From positions 1 through 64,000 of the forward strand of contig CALSSJ010000027.1 of assembly GCA_943788985.1 (NCBI GenBank): a stretch of DNA of 64,000 nucleotides, given 5' to 3'. Source of the DNA: an uncultured Lentisphaerales bacterium. Lineage in GTDB: Bacteria; Verrucomicrobiota; Lentisphaeria; JABSQK01; UBA12247. The notes below the pieces were generated by a model that had not been told where the DNA came from, made no database searches, and worked only from the letters and a program-made list of their open reading frames with translations. The position numbers and the translations under genes are program-made. Of the stretch, positions 51,407 through 61,493 are shown piece by piece (the stretch's first letter is position 1; the number at the start of each line of letters is the position of its first letter).

Positions 51407-53886
51407 ATGCCCAAACTTGACGAATTTCACACGTTTCTTGAAAAACCGGTTTCGCGACCAGATTCACGCGAAGCTGTGTTTGGGACGCCCAACCTGGCGA
51501 GTTGGTGCCGTTTCCAGATACGTTGAATCCCAAGCTCCAGGCCGTATTGGAGGAGCAGGGCATTCGCTCCCTGTACTCGCATCAGGCCGAAGCCTTCACC
51601 ACCGCCATTCGCAAGCCGGAGCACACAGTGCTCGTCTCCCAGACGGGCCCAGCGGCAAGACCCTTTCCTTTTCTCCTGCCAATCCTGGACGCCCTACCTA
51701 GCCGAAGATACTCCGTTTACGGTCTTGCTTCTCTATCCCACCAAGGCACTGTCGCGCGACCAAGAAGGCACCCTCGGGCGGCTCCTCAAAGCTGCTGCTG
51801 GCAGCCTCACGCTTGGCACCTTCGATGGCGACACGCCCCCAGATGAGCGCACCCGCATTCAACGTAGCGCGGACTTTGTCCCTGACCAATCCCGACATGC
51901 TTCATGCCGGCATCCTGCCCTATCATCACCGGCGCTGGAAGCAGTTTCTATCCCCGCTTGCGCTACATCGTGATCGATGAAGTCCATACCTACCGCGGCG
52001 CCTTTGGCAGTCACGTGGCAAACGTCTTTCGCCGGCTGCTGCGCGTCTGTGAAATGCACGGTAGCACCCCCACCTTCGTCTGCTCATCTGCGACCATTGG
52101 CAATCCACGCGAGCATGTCGAAGCCCTGCTGCATAATCGCTTCCGGCTCATCGATCGTGACGGCTCCCCTCGCCCGCAGCGCAATCTCTACCTGATCAAT
52201 CCGCCGGTCGTCCAGAGTCACGGCTTTGCCTCCTATCGCAAGGGCCCCGGCTCCGTTGCCGTACCGCTCATTCACGAAGCCACCTCCAATCGCATCCGCA
52301 CCATCTGTTTTCTGCCGTGCGCGGCAGCAGGTCGAACGCCTGCGTCGCAGCGTCCTGCAGCGCTATCCCGAAGTTGGCAACGCGCGTCCAGCCCTACCGC
52401 GGCGGACTGCTCCCGAACGAACGCAGGCAGCTAGAGCGCGACCTTTTCGAAGGCCGCCTCAACACCATAATCAGCACCAATGCGCTCGAGTTGGGTATTG
52501 ACATCGGCGACCTCGAACTCTGCATCCTGGTCGGCCACCCCGGCTCCCTAGCCAGCTTCTGGCAACAAGCAGGCCGCGTCGGCCGCAAAGGCACCGCTGC
52601 CACCATCGTCTTTATCGCCAAGGACACTCCGATCGACCAGTATCTGGTCAATCACAGCAGCTTCCTCACCGAGCGCCCCGTCGAGCGCGCCTGGCTGAAC
52701 GCCGATAATCCCTACATCCTCAGCAGCACCTCCCCTGCGCTGCCCACGAGTACCCACTCCGCGATGAAGAGCCTTGGTTCCCCGAGCAGCACTACACGAC
52801 TGCGCGCACGATCCTCGCCGAGGAAAAGACCATCGTTCCCTACAACAACTCGTGGCGCTACGCCCTGCGCGACTACCCCGCCCGCGGGGTAAACCTGCGC
52901 GGCATGACCGACTACAACATCGAAATTTACTGCGGCACCGAAGTCATCGGCGAGATCGACCCCATCGGCGCGCGCAGCGAGCTCTACAAAGACGCCATCT
53001 ACCAGCATCTCGGCAGACGCTACCTCTCCCTGGATCTCGACCTGGACAAGAAGCTCTGTCACGTCGAGCAAGTCAATGTCGACTACTACACCGAGGCTGT
53101 CTGGGAATCCCGCGTGACTCTGACCGAGGTCGAGGAACGAACCGAGGTCCACGGAAACCGCGTCGAGTTCGGCCCCATAAACGTCAACAAGCAGCCCAAG
53201 CTCTACAAGAAAATCCGAGAACGCTCCTTCGAAAATATTGGCTATGGGCCCATTACCCTCGAGCCCTTCATTTACGACACTACCGGGCTCTGCCTGCTAC
53301 CGGCTGCAGAGTGGCACGACGCCATGGAAGCGGCCGACAAGCGCTACGTCAGCGCCGCCCTGTTTGGCCTCAGTTACATCCTGCGCCACGCCGCCCCCAG
53401 CCTCTGCCTCTCCGATCGGCGCGACCTAGAAACCGATGTCAGCCTGGTCGAAGTCACAGACGGCATTGGAAGAGTGCCCTCTTCCTTTTCGACACCCACC
53501 TGGGGGGCATCGGCTTTTCCGAGCACATCTTCGGCATCCTGCCCGATGCCTCACCCTCTGTGCGTCAATGATCAAGGGCCTGCCCGTGCCAAGCGGGCTG
53601 TCCCGCCTGCGTCCCGCCCTTGCCTCCCGGTGTCGAAGACGAAGAGCTGCAGCAGTTGCTGATCGAGTCCAACGCCTCCGTCGCCTGCACCGTCAGCCTG
53701 CTCGACTCCCTCCTTACCGGTGCCATCATCCCGCCCGTCGTTCAGGAAACCGTCGTCCGCCGCCCCCGCCATCTCTCCTCCCCCCGAAGACCAGCCGCCC
53801 AACTGCGCCAACAACGCATGAAGCGAGCCGCCGGCATCATGAAGGACAAACGAGACCGCTACACTGATGGCTACCGGCATCTATGA
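51407..53886 (+). CDS. DEAD/DEAH helicase with DUF1998 (SftH/YprA/MrfA-like), many frameshifts
   Basis: LYSHQAEA, YPTKAL..DQ, DGDTP, IDEVHTYRGAFGSH, SATIGNP, STNALELGIDIG, QQAGRVGR and GCPAC-like end, spread over several frames. Confidence 0.8.
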
Positions 53887-54708
53887 TTTACTGACTCAGG
53901 AGGCGGCCGCAAGCTCGAAAAGTTTGGCGAAGTCGTCCTCGAGCGCCCCTGCGCTCAGGCAGTCTGGAGTGCTCAGCAGGACCCCGAGCGCTGGAAACCC
54001 AACGCGCATTCATCCGCACCGGCAGTGAAGGAAAATGGCAACTGCGCCAGAGCGTCCCGGCCGAATGGACCTGTGAGGTAGACGGCCTCTCCTTCCTCCT
54101 GCGCGCCACAGACTTTGGCCATGTCGGCGTCTTCCCTGAGCATCGTCGTGCTTGGCGTTGGGTCACAGACACGATCCAGAGCCAGCCCGGTCGGACCCTG
54201 AAGGTCCTTAATCTCTTCGCCTACTCCGGCGGCGCCACCCTCGCGGCCGCCCGACCGAGCGGGTGCCACCGTCGTCCACCTCGATGCCTCCAAGAAAATG
54301 GTCCAATGGGCCCGAGACAACGCCGCTCTCAACAAACTCTCCGATCGACCCATTCGCTGGATCTGTGACGACGTCACCAAGTTTCTCGACCGTGAGCTCC
54401 GGCGCGGCAATCGCTACGACGCCATTCTGCTCGATCCCCCCAGCTTTGGTCGCGGCAAGCGCCTCGAGCTATTCAAGATCGACACCCACCTGTCCAAGCT
54501 GCTCAGTCAGTGCCAGGCCTTGCTCTCCGACCAACCCGCCTGCCTCTTTCTCTCCTGCCACACCCCCGGTTACACCCCGCTCGTTCTCGACCATCTCGTC
54601 CGCCAAATGATGGGCAGCCAGGGACGCATCGAAACCGGCGAGATGCAGCTGACAGGCACCGATGCCCTCGCCATTCCCAGCGGAGCCTATGCCGCCTGGC
54701 GCGCCTAA
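53867..54708 (+). CDS. Class I SAM methyltransferase (RlmI/RlmK-related), frameshifted
   Basis: [35 protein letters not shown] and LLDPPSFG across frames. Confidence 0.75.
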
Positions 54709-54711
54709 GTC

Positions 54712-55432
54712 ATGTCCAGCATTACCCTCGAGATTATTTATCAGGACAACCACCTGCTCGCCATCGACAAGCCCGCCGGCATTCCCACCCAAGACTCCGG
54801 GAGCGGCCTGGACAACCTCGAAGACCAAGCCCGGCAGTGGGTCAAAGAAGCCGCCAAAAAGCCCGGCAATGTCTTCCTCCACGCCGTCCACCGGCTGGAT
54901 CGCCCCGTCAGCGGTGTCGTTCTGTTTGGCCGCACCACCAAGGCACTCCAGAGGCTCAATCTGCAGCAGCGCGAGAAGCAAACCCGCCAAAGTCTACCTG
55001 GCCCTACTGGACCCGCCCGCCGCCCAAGCCCTCCGGGACCCTCACGCATTGCCTAGCCCATGGCAGTCACCGCGCACTGGTCAGCAACACGCCGTCAGCC
55101 CCGATCACAAACTGTCCACCCTGCACTACGAAGTCATCCGCCAGCACGGCCCGTTTTGCGAAGTGCGCATCCTGCTAGAGACCGGTCGTTACCATCAGAT
55201 TCGTGCGCAATTCGCACATGTCGGCTGTCCCATCGTTAACGACAGCCAGTACGGCGCTACCCGTGCCAGTTGGCCCGCGCATCGGATTGCCCTCCATCAC
55301 AGCGAGCTTGAGATCATCCACCCCACGCTGCGCAGTCCCCCTGGTTTTGCGGAGTTCGCACCCAGACAATCCTTGGTAGAAGTACGACGTGCTCCCTGGC
55401 GGTCGTCAATTTATGAGATGTATACCCTTTAA
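54712..55432 (+). CDS. RluA family pseudouridine synthase, frameshifted
   Basis: IDKPAG and HRLDRPVSG, then LETGRYHQIRAQ..VGCPIVND.QYG in another frame. Confidence 0.85.
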
Positions 55433-55513
55433 TCGTCGAACAACTTACGGAAGCTATGCGGCAAGGTGCTCGAGAGGCGTGTTCGGAGCAGGTGCTAGTT
55501 CATCCACGCTCTG

Positions 55514-56566
55514 TTAGGCAGACTTGCGGACGGCGGCTGCCAGTGTTTCCAGCACCGTAACAGTATCCTCCCAGCCCAAGCAGGCATCGGTGATGCTTTG
55601 GCCATGGACCAGCTCGCGCCCTTGGGCGATCTCCTGACGCCCGGCGACTAGGTTGCTCTCAATCATCACGCCGAATACTGTACCTTGATTTGTCGCGATC
55701 TGTGCCGCCAGGGTTTCTGCGACCGTGATCTGGTTACTTGGGATCTTGTGGCTGTTGCCATGACTGCAATCGACCATCAGGCGGGGGTTGAGGTGCTGCT
55801 GTTTGAGTAATTTCGAGGCGCTGGCCAGATTTTCCGCGTCGTAATTCGGTCCCTGGTTACTGCCGCGCATAATGACGTGACACTCCGGGTTTCCCTGCGT
55901 CGCCACGATCGCGGCAACGCTCTGCTTGGTCACTGACAGGAAGTGATGCGCATGACGTGCTGCTTCAATCGCATCTATGGCGACCTGGACGCTCCCAGTT
56001 GTGGCATTCTTAAATCCCATCGGGCAAGACATACCCGATGCCAGCTCGCGGTGGATCTGACTTTCTGTGGTCCGGGCGCCGATCGCCCCCCAACTCACCA
56101 GATCTGCCAAAAACTGCGGCATAATCGTATCGAGAAACTCGCAGCCGGCTGGCATCCCAAGATCTGCCAGCTGACATAACAGGCCCCGCGCCACATGCAG
56201 CCCTTGGTTAATGTTGAAGCTGCCGTCAATCAGTGGGTCGTTGATCAGTCCCTTCCAGCCCACACTGGTCCGAGGTTTTTCGAAATAGACACGCATCACA
56301 ATCAGCAAGTCCTCCGCGAACCGCACCGCTTGCTCCCGCAGGCGCTCTGCGTACTCCAGGGCCGCGTTCGTATCGTGAATGGAGCAAGGTCCCACGACAG
56401 CGACCAGCCGCTTGTCATCGCCACGCAGACACGCGCCGATCAGGTGCCGGGTCTTTGCCACCGTCTCCGATCCTGCCTCCCCCACCGGCAACTCCTCCAT
56501 GAGGATCGCCGGAGGAATCAATGGCTTGATCGCCGCTATTCTTACATCATCGGTCTCGTAGCGCAC
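55514..56566 (-). CDS. aroG: 3-deoxy-7-phosphoheptulonate (DAHP) synthase, class I-alpha
   Basis: GPCSIHD, RVYFEKPRT.VGWKG, IGARTTESQ.HR, DCSHGNS and SITDACLGW. Confidence 0.93.
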   Translation of the reverse strand: MRYETDDVRIAAIKPLIPPAILMEELPVGEAGSETVAKTRHLIGACLRGDDKRLVAVVGPCSIHDTNAALEYAERLREQAVRFAEDLLIVMRVYFEKPRTSVGWKGLINDPLIDGSFNINQGLHVARGLLCQLADLGMPAGCEFLDTIMPQFLADLVSWGAIGARTTESQIHRELASGMSCPMGFKNATTGSVQVAIDAIEAARHAHHFLSVTKQSVAAIVATQGNPECHVIMRGSNQGPNYDAENLASASKLLKQQHLNPRLMVDCSHGNSHKIPSNQITVAETLAAQIATNQGTVFGVMIESNLVAGRQEIAQGRELVHGQSITDACLGWEDTVTVLETLAAAVRKSA

Positions 56567-56789
56567 GGCACGGCCCTTCTTTCGTGTTGCAACTGCTCCT
56601 GCCTCGGTTGCACCGGGCTTCCGAGATCCAAGCCGCCACTATAATGAACTGAACCCGCAATTCCACCAACTGCTGACAGACCTGTGGACCTTAGCCAATG
56701 TGATTTCCAGGCAGTTCGGTAGGGGCCTGCGGCCTGCCTCAACAGCCCTGATGGGATCATATCGCTAGGTGCTTCGAACAGGTGGTTGC

Positions 56790-57185
56790 AGAGCCCGACG
56801 AGGCCTTACTACATTTGCTGCGCATGGGGAGACCGTTGGACATCAAGCACCTGAAGCAATTCCTCGAGACGTTTTCGGACTACACGGCGCTGGTCTGCAC
56901 GACTTCTGCTCTCTCGCAGAGAGTCGTAGAAGTGTGCGACCTGCTGGAGATCGGGATCCCGGCGGATCTGAGTATCGCCTCGTTGCAGCGCGCGGGCACA
57001 CGACCGGAGAGCGAGTCTGGGGGGAGTTTACCAGTGTTTATTATTGGTGGGAGGAGCTGTTTGCCGCCTGTTTTGCCGCGTTCGATGCCGGCAGCCGATA
57101 CCCGCACATCGCCAGCATGGATTTTTTCCCGGAGGTGCTGCGGCATGAAAGCACGGCCCGGCTAGGTCATCTGCCCGGTGCGTGA
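56790..57185 (+). pseudogene. 3' remnant of the GntR/LacI-type regulator
   Basis: Matches the C-terminus of 59421-60551 ([12 protein letters not shown]...[13 protein letters not shown]) but is frameshifted and lacks the 5' part. Confidence 0.85.
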
Positions 57186-57305
57186 CGTGAATTGAGGGCC
57201 TCCTGTCCACCACCACACGGCACTGCCGTGCCTGACTACGAACTTGGTCTTCTAGGGGGCCGCGCGGAAATAGATTCGCATTTTCGCGGGAGCGCCGCAA
57301 GGGGA

Positions 57306-57359
57306 TTGCGGATCGCAGCAAATACATGCTACCATAGTTGCAGCATGACATGCTAAGCA
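57306..57359 (+). promoter_or_regulatory. Sigma70-like promoter/operator of TA copy 1
   Basis: TTGCGG-18-TACCAT; TGC half-sites at 57327, 57339 and 57351; RBS GGAGG. Confidence 0.5.
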
Positions 57360-57373
57360 TTGGAGGTGTTTAC

Positions 57374-57631
57374 ATGAGTGTCATTACCTTGCGCGGTCTG
57401 TCTCCGGATCTGGTTGAGAGCCTGAAGGCAGAAGCGCGACGAGAGCAAACCAGCATGAACCGGTACATCGTGAATCTCATTCAGGACAGGCTTGGGGGCA
57501 ACCAGGCGGGCAAGCCTCGCGTTTACCACGACTTGGACGACCTGTTCGGAACGATGACCCTTGAAGACGCACAGGCGATCGAAGAGAGTGTCGCGGAGCA
57601 GCGTCAGATCGATCCGGAGTTGTGGTCATGA
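57374..57631 (+). CDS. FitA-like ribbon-helix-helix antitoxin (copy 1)
   Basis: MSVITLRGLSPDLVESLKAEARREQTSMN; ATGA overlap with the PIN toxin gene. Confidence 0.85.
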   Translation: MSVITLRGLSPDLVESLKAEARREQTSMNRYIVNLIQDRLGGNQAGKPRVYHDLDDLFGTMTLEDAQAIEESVAEQRQIDPELWS

Positions 57632-58020
57632 CCCGCCTGCTGCTGGACACCAACGCGTACAGTCAGGCCATGCGGGGCAAGGCAACTGCCATGAGCTTGC
57701 TGCGCAGTGCGGATCAGTTGCTCGTCTGCCCGGTCGTTCTGGGGGAACTGCTGGCCGGGTTTCGGCGCGGTGCGAGAGAGCAGGAGAACCGCGAGCAGCT
57801 GAATCGTTTCCTGGCGCGACCAAGGGTGATCCTGATGTCGATTGGAGCGGATACTGCGGAGTTCTACAGCCACGTCCTCAGCCAGCTCCGACGCTCTGGG
57901 ACGCCGATTCCGGTCAACGACATCTGGATCGCGGCGTGCACGATGGAGCACGGCGCCTCACTGGCGACCCGCGACCGACACTTCCAGGAAGTCGAGGGGC
58001 TGCTGACCATCTCGTATTAA
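57628..58020 (+). CDS. vapC: VapC/FitB PIN-domain toxin (copy 1)
   Basis: LLDTN, VLGEL, NDIWIAA and LATRD.HF. Confidence 0.92.
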   Translation: MTRLLLDTNAYSQAMRGKATAMSLLRSADQLLVCPVVLGELLAGFRRGAREQENREQLNRFLARPRVILMSIGADTAEFYSHVLSQLRRSGTPIPVNDIWIAACTMEHGASLATRDRHFQEVEGLLTISY

Positions 58021-58173
58021 CCTGGCATCCCGCTCCTGAATCACCCAGCAAAAGAAGCAGAAACGTGATCATGAGAAGATTGGTTGTTGTGTTGCCCTTC
58101 GCGTTTGAACACACGGATCAAAACAGAGCATGAACATGGCAAAGAGGAGCGCGCGCGACACAAGCCCCATATT

Positions 58174-58290
58174 GGCCCCTGCCAGCTTGTCTGGGCAGGT
58201 GAACCAGCTTAACGGCCAGCCCCGGCTCCGGCCCAACGGAAGGCCCCTTGCCAGCTTGCCTGGCAGGTGAAGAAGCCTAACAGCCAGCCC
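58174..58290. repeat. Two imperfect ~49-bp direct repeats with internal hairpin
   Basis: 58174-58222 and 58242-58290: GGCCCCT(T)GCCAGCTTG.CTG(G)GCAGGTGAA..AGC.TAAC.GCCAGCCC. Confidence 0.7.
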
Positions 58291-59112
58291 TCAATCGTCG
58301 GCGGTCACGGTCCAGAAGCCTTTGGGCGCGGATCGGGAGCCCGTGCCATGGATGGCCGGGTCGTCGATCATGTACGAGGCCACATGGCCGTCCGCGAACA
58401 GCCAGTTGACGGCACCGTCGTGGAGTGCGATGGTCGAGGCAGTGAAGCCGTCCATCCAGCCAGCTCCGTCCTCGAAATTTTTCACGAGTGCGCCCCAGCC
58501 TTGCATCTGGTTGGTCCCGAAGCTGGAACTGAGACAGTCGACGACCACCCCGGTCCCGGTCGAGTCTTCGACGTTGACGAGTCGGCGCTGCTCGAACGGT
58601 GGGTTCGGCACTGTACTATATGCACCGTTGTAGGTCCCCCCTATGCTCGTAAACAGATGGGAGGAACCCGAGAGGGACCAGGCATTGCCTTGAGTTGGCA
58701 TGCTGTAGGATTGCGGCGCTGCCTGGGTTGTTCCAAGCAGCGCAAACTCGCGGGCGTCCGACGGGCAGACGAACGATCCTACGGCCTTGTCCAGCGTCAC
58801 GTAGACCCTCTGCATTTCCGCATGCGTCAGGTCTTCCCCGAGGTAGCCATGGATTTGGTCGTCCCAGCTGTAGCGCGTGGCGCCATTCCAGGCGCCGGGC
58901 AGGTAGCCGTTATTGTCGCCGGTATAGCTGAAGAAGGCCAGGCCTATCTGTTTGAGATTGTTGATGCAGGAGATTTTCCGCCCCTGAGACCTTGCCTTGC
59001 TCAACGCTGGCAGCAGCAGGCTGGCCAGGATGGCGATGATCACGATGACGACGAGCAACTCGATCAGCGTAAACGCCCGCTGGGGCTTGGCAGTGTATGG
59101 TCGTGGGATCAT
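58291..59112 (-). CDS. Prepilin-type N-terminal cleavage/methylation protein with H-X9-DG C-terminus (DUF1559-like)
   Basis: [42 protein letters not shown] and [14 protein letters not shown]. Confidence 0.9.
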   Translation of the reverse strand: MIPRPYTAKPQRAFTLIELLVVIVIIAILASLLLPALSKARSQGRKISCINNLKQIGLAFFSYTGDNNGYLPGAWNGATRYSWDDQIHGYLGEDLTHAEMQRVYVTLDKAVGSFVCPSDAREFALLGTTQAAPQSYSMPTQGNAWSLSGSSHLFTSIGGTYNGAYSTVPNPPFEQRRLVNVEDSTGTGVVVDCLSSSFGTNQMQGWGALVKNFEDGAGWMDGFTASTIALHDGAVNWLFADGHVASYMIDDPAIHGTGSRSAPKGFWTVTADD

Positions 59113-59209
59113 GGCGTAGGTTCTCTGCGTGCGTATTTCATGCAAGATACAGTAGATTCCTAAAGCTGTCAAGCATGCTCCGTCCGTCTCGCAGGCTCGG
59201 CTCTGCATC

Positions 59210-59314
59210 ACTGGGAGCGCCGGATTGATCCGGCATTCGAAGCCTCCGCCCCTCGCTGCTCTACGCGCAGCACATTGCACATCGCAATTGCCGGATGAAT
59301 CCGGCGCTCCCAGT
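59210..59314. repeat. REP doublet (REPIN/MITE-like), copy 2
   Basis: Same 26-nt inverted arms and homologous spacer as 25250-25355, with the core in opposite orientation. Confidence 0.8.
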
Positions 59315-59420
59315 CTTCCCGGCCCTGCACCACGCCTGCTTCCCGATTGCCGCAGTCGTGTTGTATCGCGCAGATCGCAATGTATTATTGCTTGCATACT
59401 GCAAATACTCTGGGGCCACA

Positions 59421-60551
59421 ATGAACATCCTCTTCGATCATGTTCTGAAAGAGAACGGAAGCAGCCTGACCGAGCAGGTCTACAACGCGGTCCTGGCGGG
59501 GATTCGCAACCAGGAGTGGCGTGAGGGCGAGAAGCTCCCTAGCTACAACGAGTTGGTGGCGGGGTCGGGGGTCAGTCGCAGTGTCTTTCAGTCGGTGTTC
59601 CGGCGTTTGGAGGAGGAGGGTTTTGTGGTGTCGGTCCGGGCGAAAGGCGTGTTCGTCAAGGAAGGCGCGCAGAGCCGCCGCCCCATCGTCGGACGCGCAG
59701 CTGTCATTCTGGGGGTGGAATCGACGCCTGAATCGCTGGCGGTGGGTGGCAGCACCGACGTGTTCGGCCCTCTGGACTTGTACAACCTGCAGGCGGATGC
59801 TGGCAAGGCTGGCTATGTGATCTCGCTGCATCACGTGAATCGGGAAGGCGGGATCAGCCCGAACCTGACTGACGGCCAAGGCGAAGCGCTGAAGGGAATC
59901 GTGTCCATGGTGCCGGCCGGTTGTCTGGCGAAGTGCGGCGCGTTGCCGGCCCCGGTGGTGTACCTGGGCGTCGAGGATGACTTCAGCCATCCCCGGGTGT
60001 CGGCCGACATCTGTCAGGCGACGCGGATGCTGACGGAACACTTGATCGAACTCGGCCATACAAAGATCGCGTTTCTGGCCAGACCCGACTGGCACGATCG
60101 GCTGTTCGAGAAGGCATGGCGCGGGTATGCGCAGGCGCTGTCAGGGATCTGCCAGGAGCCCGACAAGGCCTTGCTGCATTTTCTGCGCATGGGGAGACCG
60201 TTGGACATCAAGCACCTGAAGCACTTCCTCGAGACGTTTTCGGACTACACGGCGCTGGTCTGCACCACCTTTGCTCTCTCGCAGAGAGTCGTAGAAGTGT
60301 GCGACCTGCTGGAGATCGGAATCCCGGAGGATCTGAGTATCGTCTCGCTGCAACACGCGCTGATGCGACCGGACTGCGAGTCCGGGGCTGGGTTTACCAG
60401 TGTTACCTATTGGTGGGAGGAGCTGTTTGCCGCCTGTTTTGCCGCGTTCGATGCCGGCAGCCGATACCCGCACATCGCCAGCATGGATTTTTACCCGAAG
60501 GTGCTGCGGCATGAAAGCACGGCCCGGCTAGGTGATCTGCCCGGTGCGTGA
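59421..60551 (+). CDS. GntR HTH + LacI-type ligand-binding transcriptional regulator
   Basis: GEKLPSY.EL....GVSR......L.EEG.V....[17 protein letters not shown] and IPEDLSIV. Confidence 0.88.
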   Translation: MNILFDHVLKENGSSLTEQVYNAVLAGIRNQEWREGEKLPSYNELVAGSGVSRSVFQSVFRRLEEEGFVVSVRAKGVFVKEGAQSRRPIVGRAAVILGVESTPESLAVGGSTDVFGPLDLYNLQADAGKAGYVISLHHVNREGGISPNLTDGQGEALKGIVSMVPAGCLAKCGALPAPVVYLGVEDDFSHPRVSADICQATRMLTEHLIELGHTKIAFLARPDWHDRLFEKAWRGYAQALSGICQEPDKALLHFLRMGRPLDIKHLKHFLETFSDYTALVCTTFALSQRVVEVCDLLEIGIPEDLSIVSLQHALMRPDCESGAGFTSVTYWWEELFAACFAAFDAGSRYPHIASMDFYPKVLRHESTARLGDLPGA

Positions 60552-60671
60552 CGTGAATTGAGGGCCTCCTGTCCACCACCACACGGCACTGCCGTTCCTG
60601 ACTACGAACTTGGTCTTCTAGGGGGCCGCGCGGAAATAGATTCACATTTTCGCGGGAGCGCCGCAAGGGGA

Positions 60672-60723
60672 TTGCGGATCGCAGCAAATAATGCTATCAT
60701 AATTGCATCATGACATGCTAGCA
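60672..60723 (+). promoter_or_regulatory. Sigma70-like promoter/operator of TA copy 2
   Basis: TTGCGG-17-TATCAT; half-sites TGCTATCA (60692), TGCATCA (60704) and TGCTAGCA (60716). Confidence 0.55.
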
Positions 60724-60737
60724 TTGGAGGTGTTTAC

Positions 60738-60995
60738 ATGAGTGTCATTACCTTGCGCGGCCTGTCTCCGGATCTGGTTGAGAGTCTGAAGGCAGAAGCG
60801 CGACGAGAGCAAACCAGCATGAACCGGTACATCGTGAATCTCATTCAGGACAGGCTTGGGGGCAACCAGGCGGGCAAGCCTCGCGTTTACCACGACTTGG
60901 ACGACCTGTTCGGAACGATGACCCTGGAAGACGCACAGGCGATCGAAGAGAGTGTCGCGGCGCAGCGTCAGATCGATCCGGAGTTGTGGTCATGA
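60738..60995 (+). CDS. FitA-like RHH antitoxin (copy 2)
   Basis: One amino acid different from copy 1; RBS GGAGG. Confidence 0.85.
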   Translation: MSVITLRGLSPDLVESLKAEARREQTSMNRYIVNLIQDRLGGNQAGKPRVYHDLDDLFGTMTLEDAQAIEESVAAQRQIDPELWS

Positions 60996-61384
60996 CCCGC
61001 CTGCTGCTGGACACCAACGCGTACAGTCAGGCCATGCGGGGCAACGCAACTGCCATGAGCTTGCTGCGCAGTGCGGATCAGTTGCTTGTCTGCCCGGTCG
61101 TTCTGGGGGAACTGCTGGCCGGGCTTCGGCGCGGTGCGAGAGAGCAGGAGAACCGCGAGCAGCTGAATCGTTTCCTGGCGCGACCAAGGGTAATCCTGAT
61201 GTCGATTGGAGCGGATACTGCGGAGTTCTACAGCCACGTCCTCAGCCAGCTCCGGCGCTCTGGGACGCCGATTCCGGTCAACGACATCTGGATCGCGGCG
61301 TGCACGATGGAGCACGGCGCCTCACTGGCAACCCGCGACCGACACTTCCAGGAAGTCGAGGGGCTGCTGACCATCTCGTATTAA
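60992..61384 (+). CDS. vapC: VapC/FitB PIN-domain toxin (copy 2)
   Basis: PIN acidic residues intact; two amino acids different from copy 1. Confidence 0.92.
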   Translation: MTRLLLDTNAYSQAMRGNATAMSLLRSADQLLVCPVVLGELLAGLRRGAREQENREQLNRFLARPRVILMSIGADTAEFYSHVLSQLRRSGTPIPVNDIWIAACTMEHGASLATRDRHFQEVEGLLTISY

Positions 61385-61493
61385 CCTGGCATCCCGCTCC
61401 TGAATCACCCAGCAAAAGAAGAAGAAACGTAATCATGAGAAGATTGGTTGTTGTGTTGCCCTTCACGTTTGAACACACGGATCAAAACAGAGC

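Larger units (their letters stand above)
56790..58148 (+). repeat. Direct duplication, copy 1 of about 1.36 kb (copy 2 at about 60155-61512)
   Basis: Colinear near-identity from GAGCCCGAC...GGCCTT to ATGAACATGGCAAAGAGGA, offset about 3364 bp. Confidence 0.95.

Noticed and set aside
56567..56770. Attenuator or ncRNA upstream of aroG
   Set aside because: No aromatic-rich leader peptide or convincing structure found by eye.
59113..59420. N-terminal extensions of the prepilin and GntR ORFs
   Set aside because: They run through the REP element; the plausible starts are 59112 and 59421.
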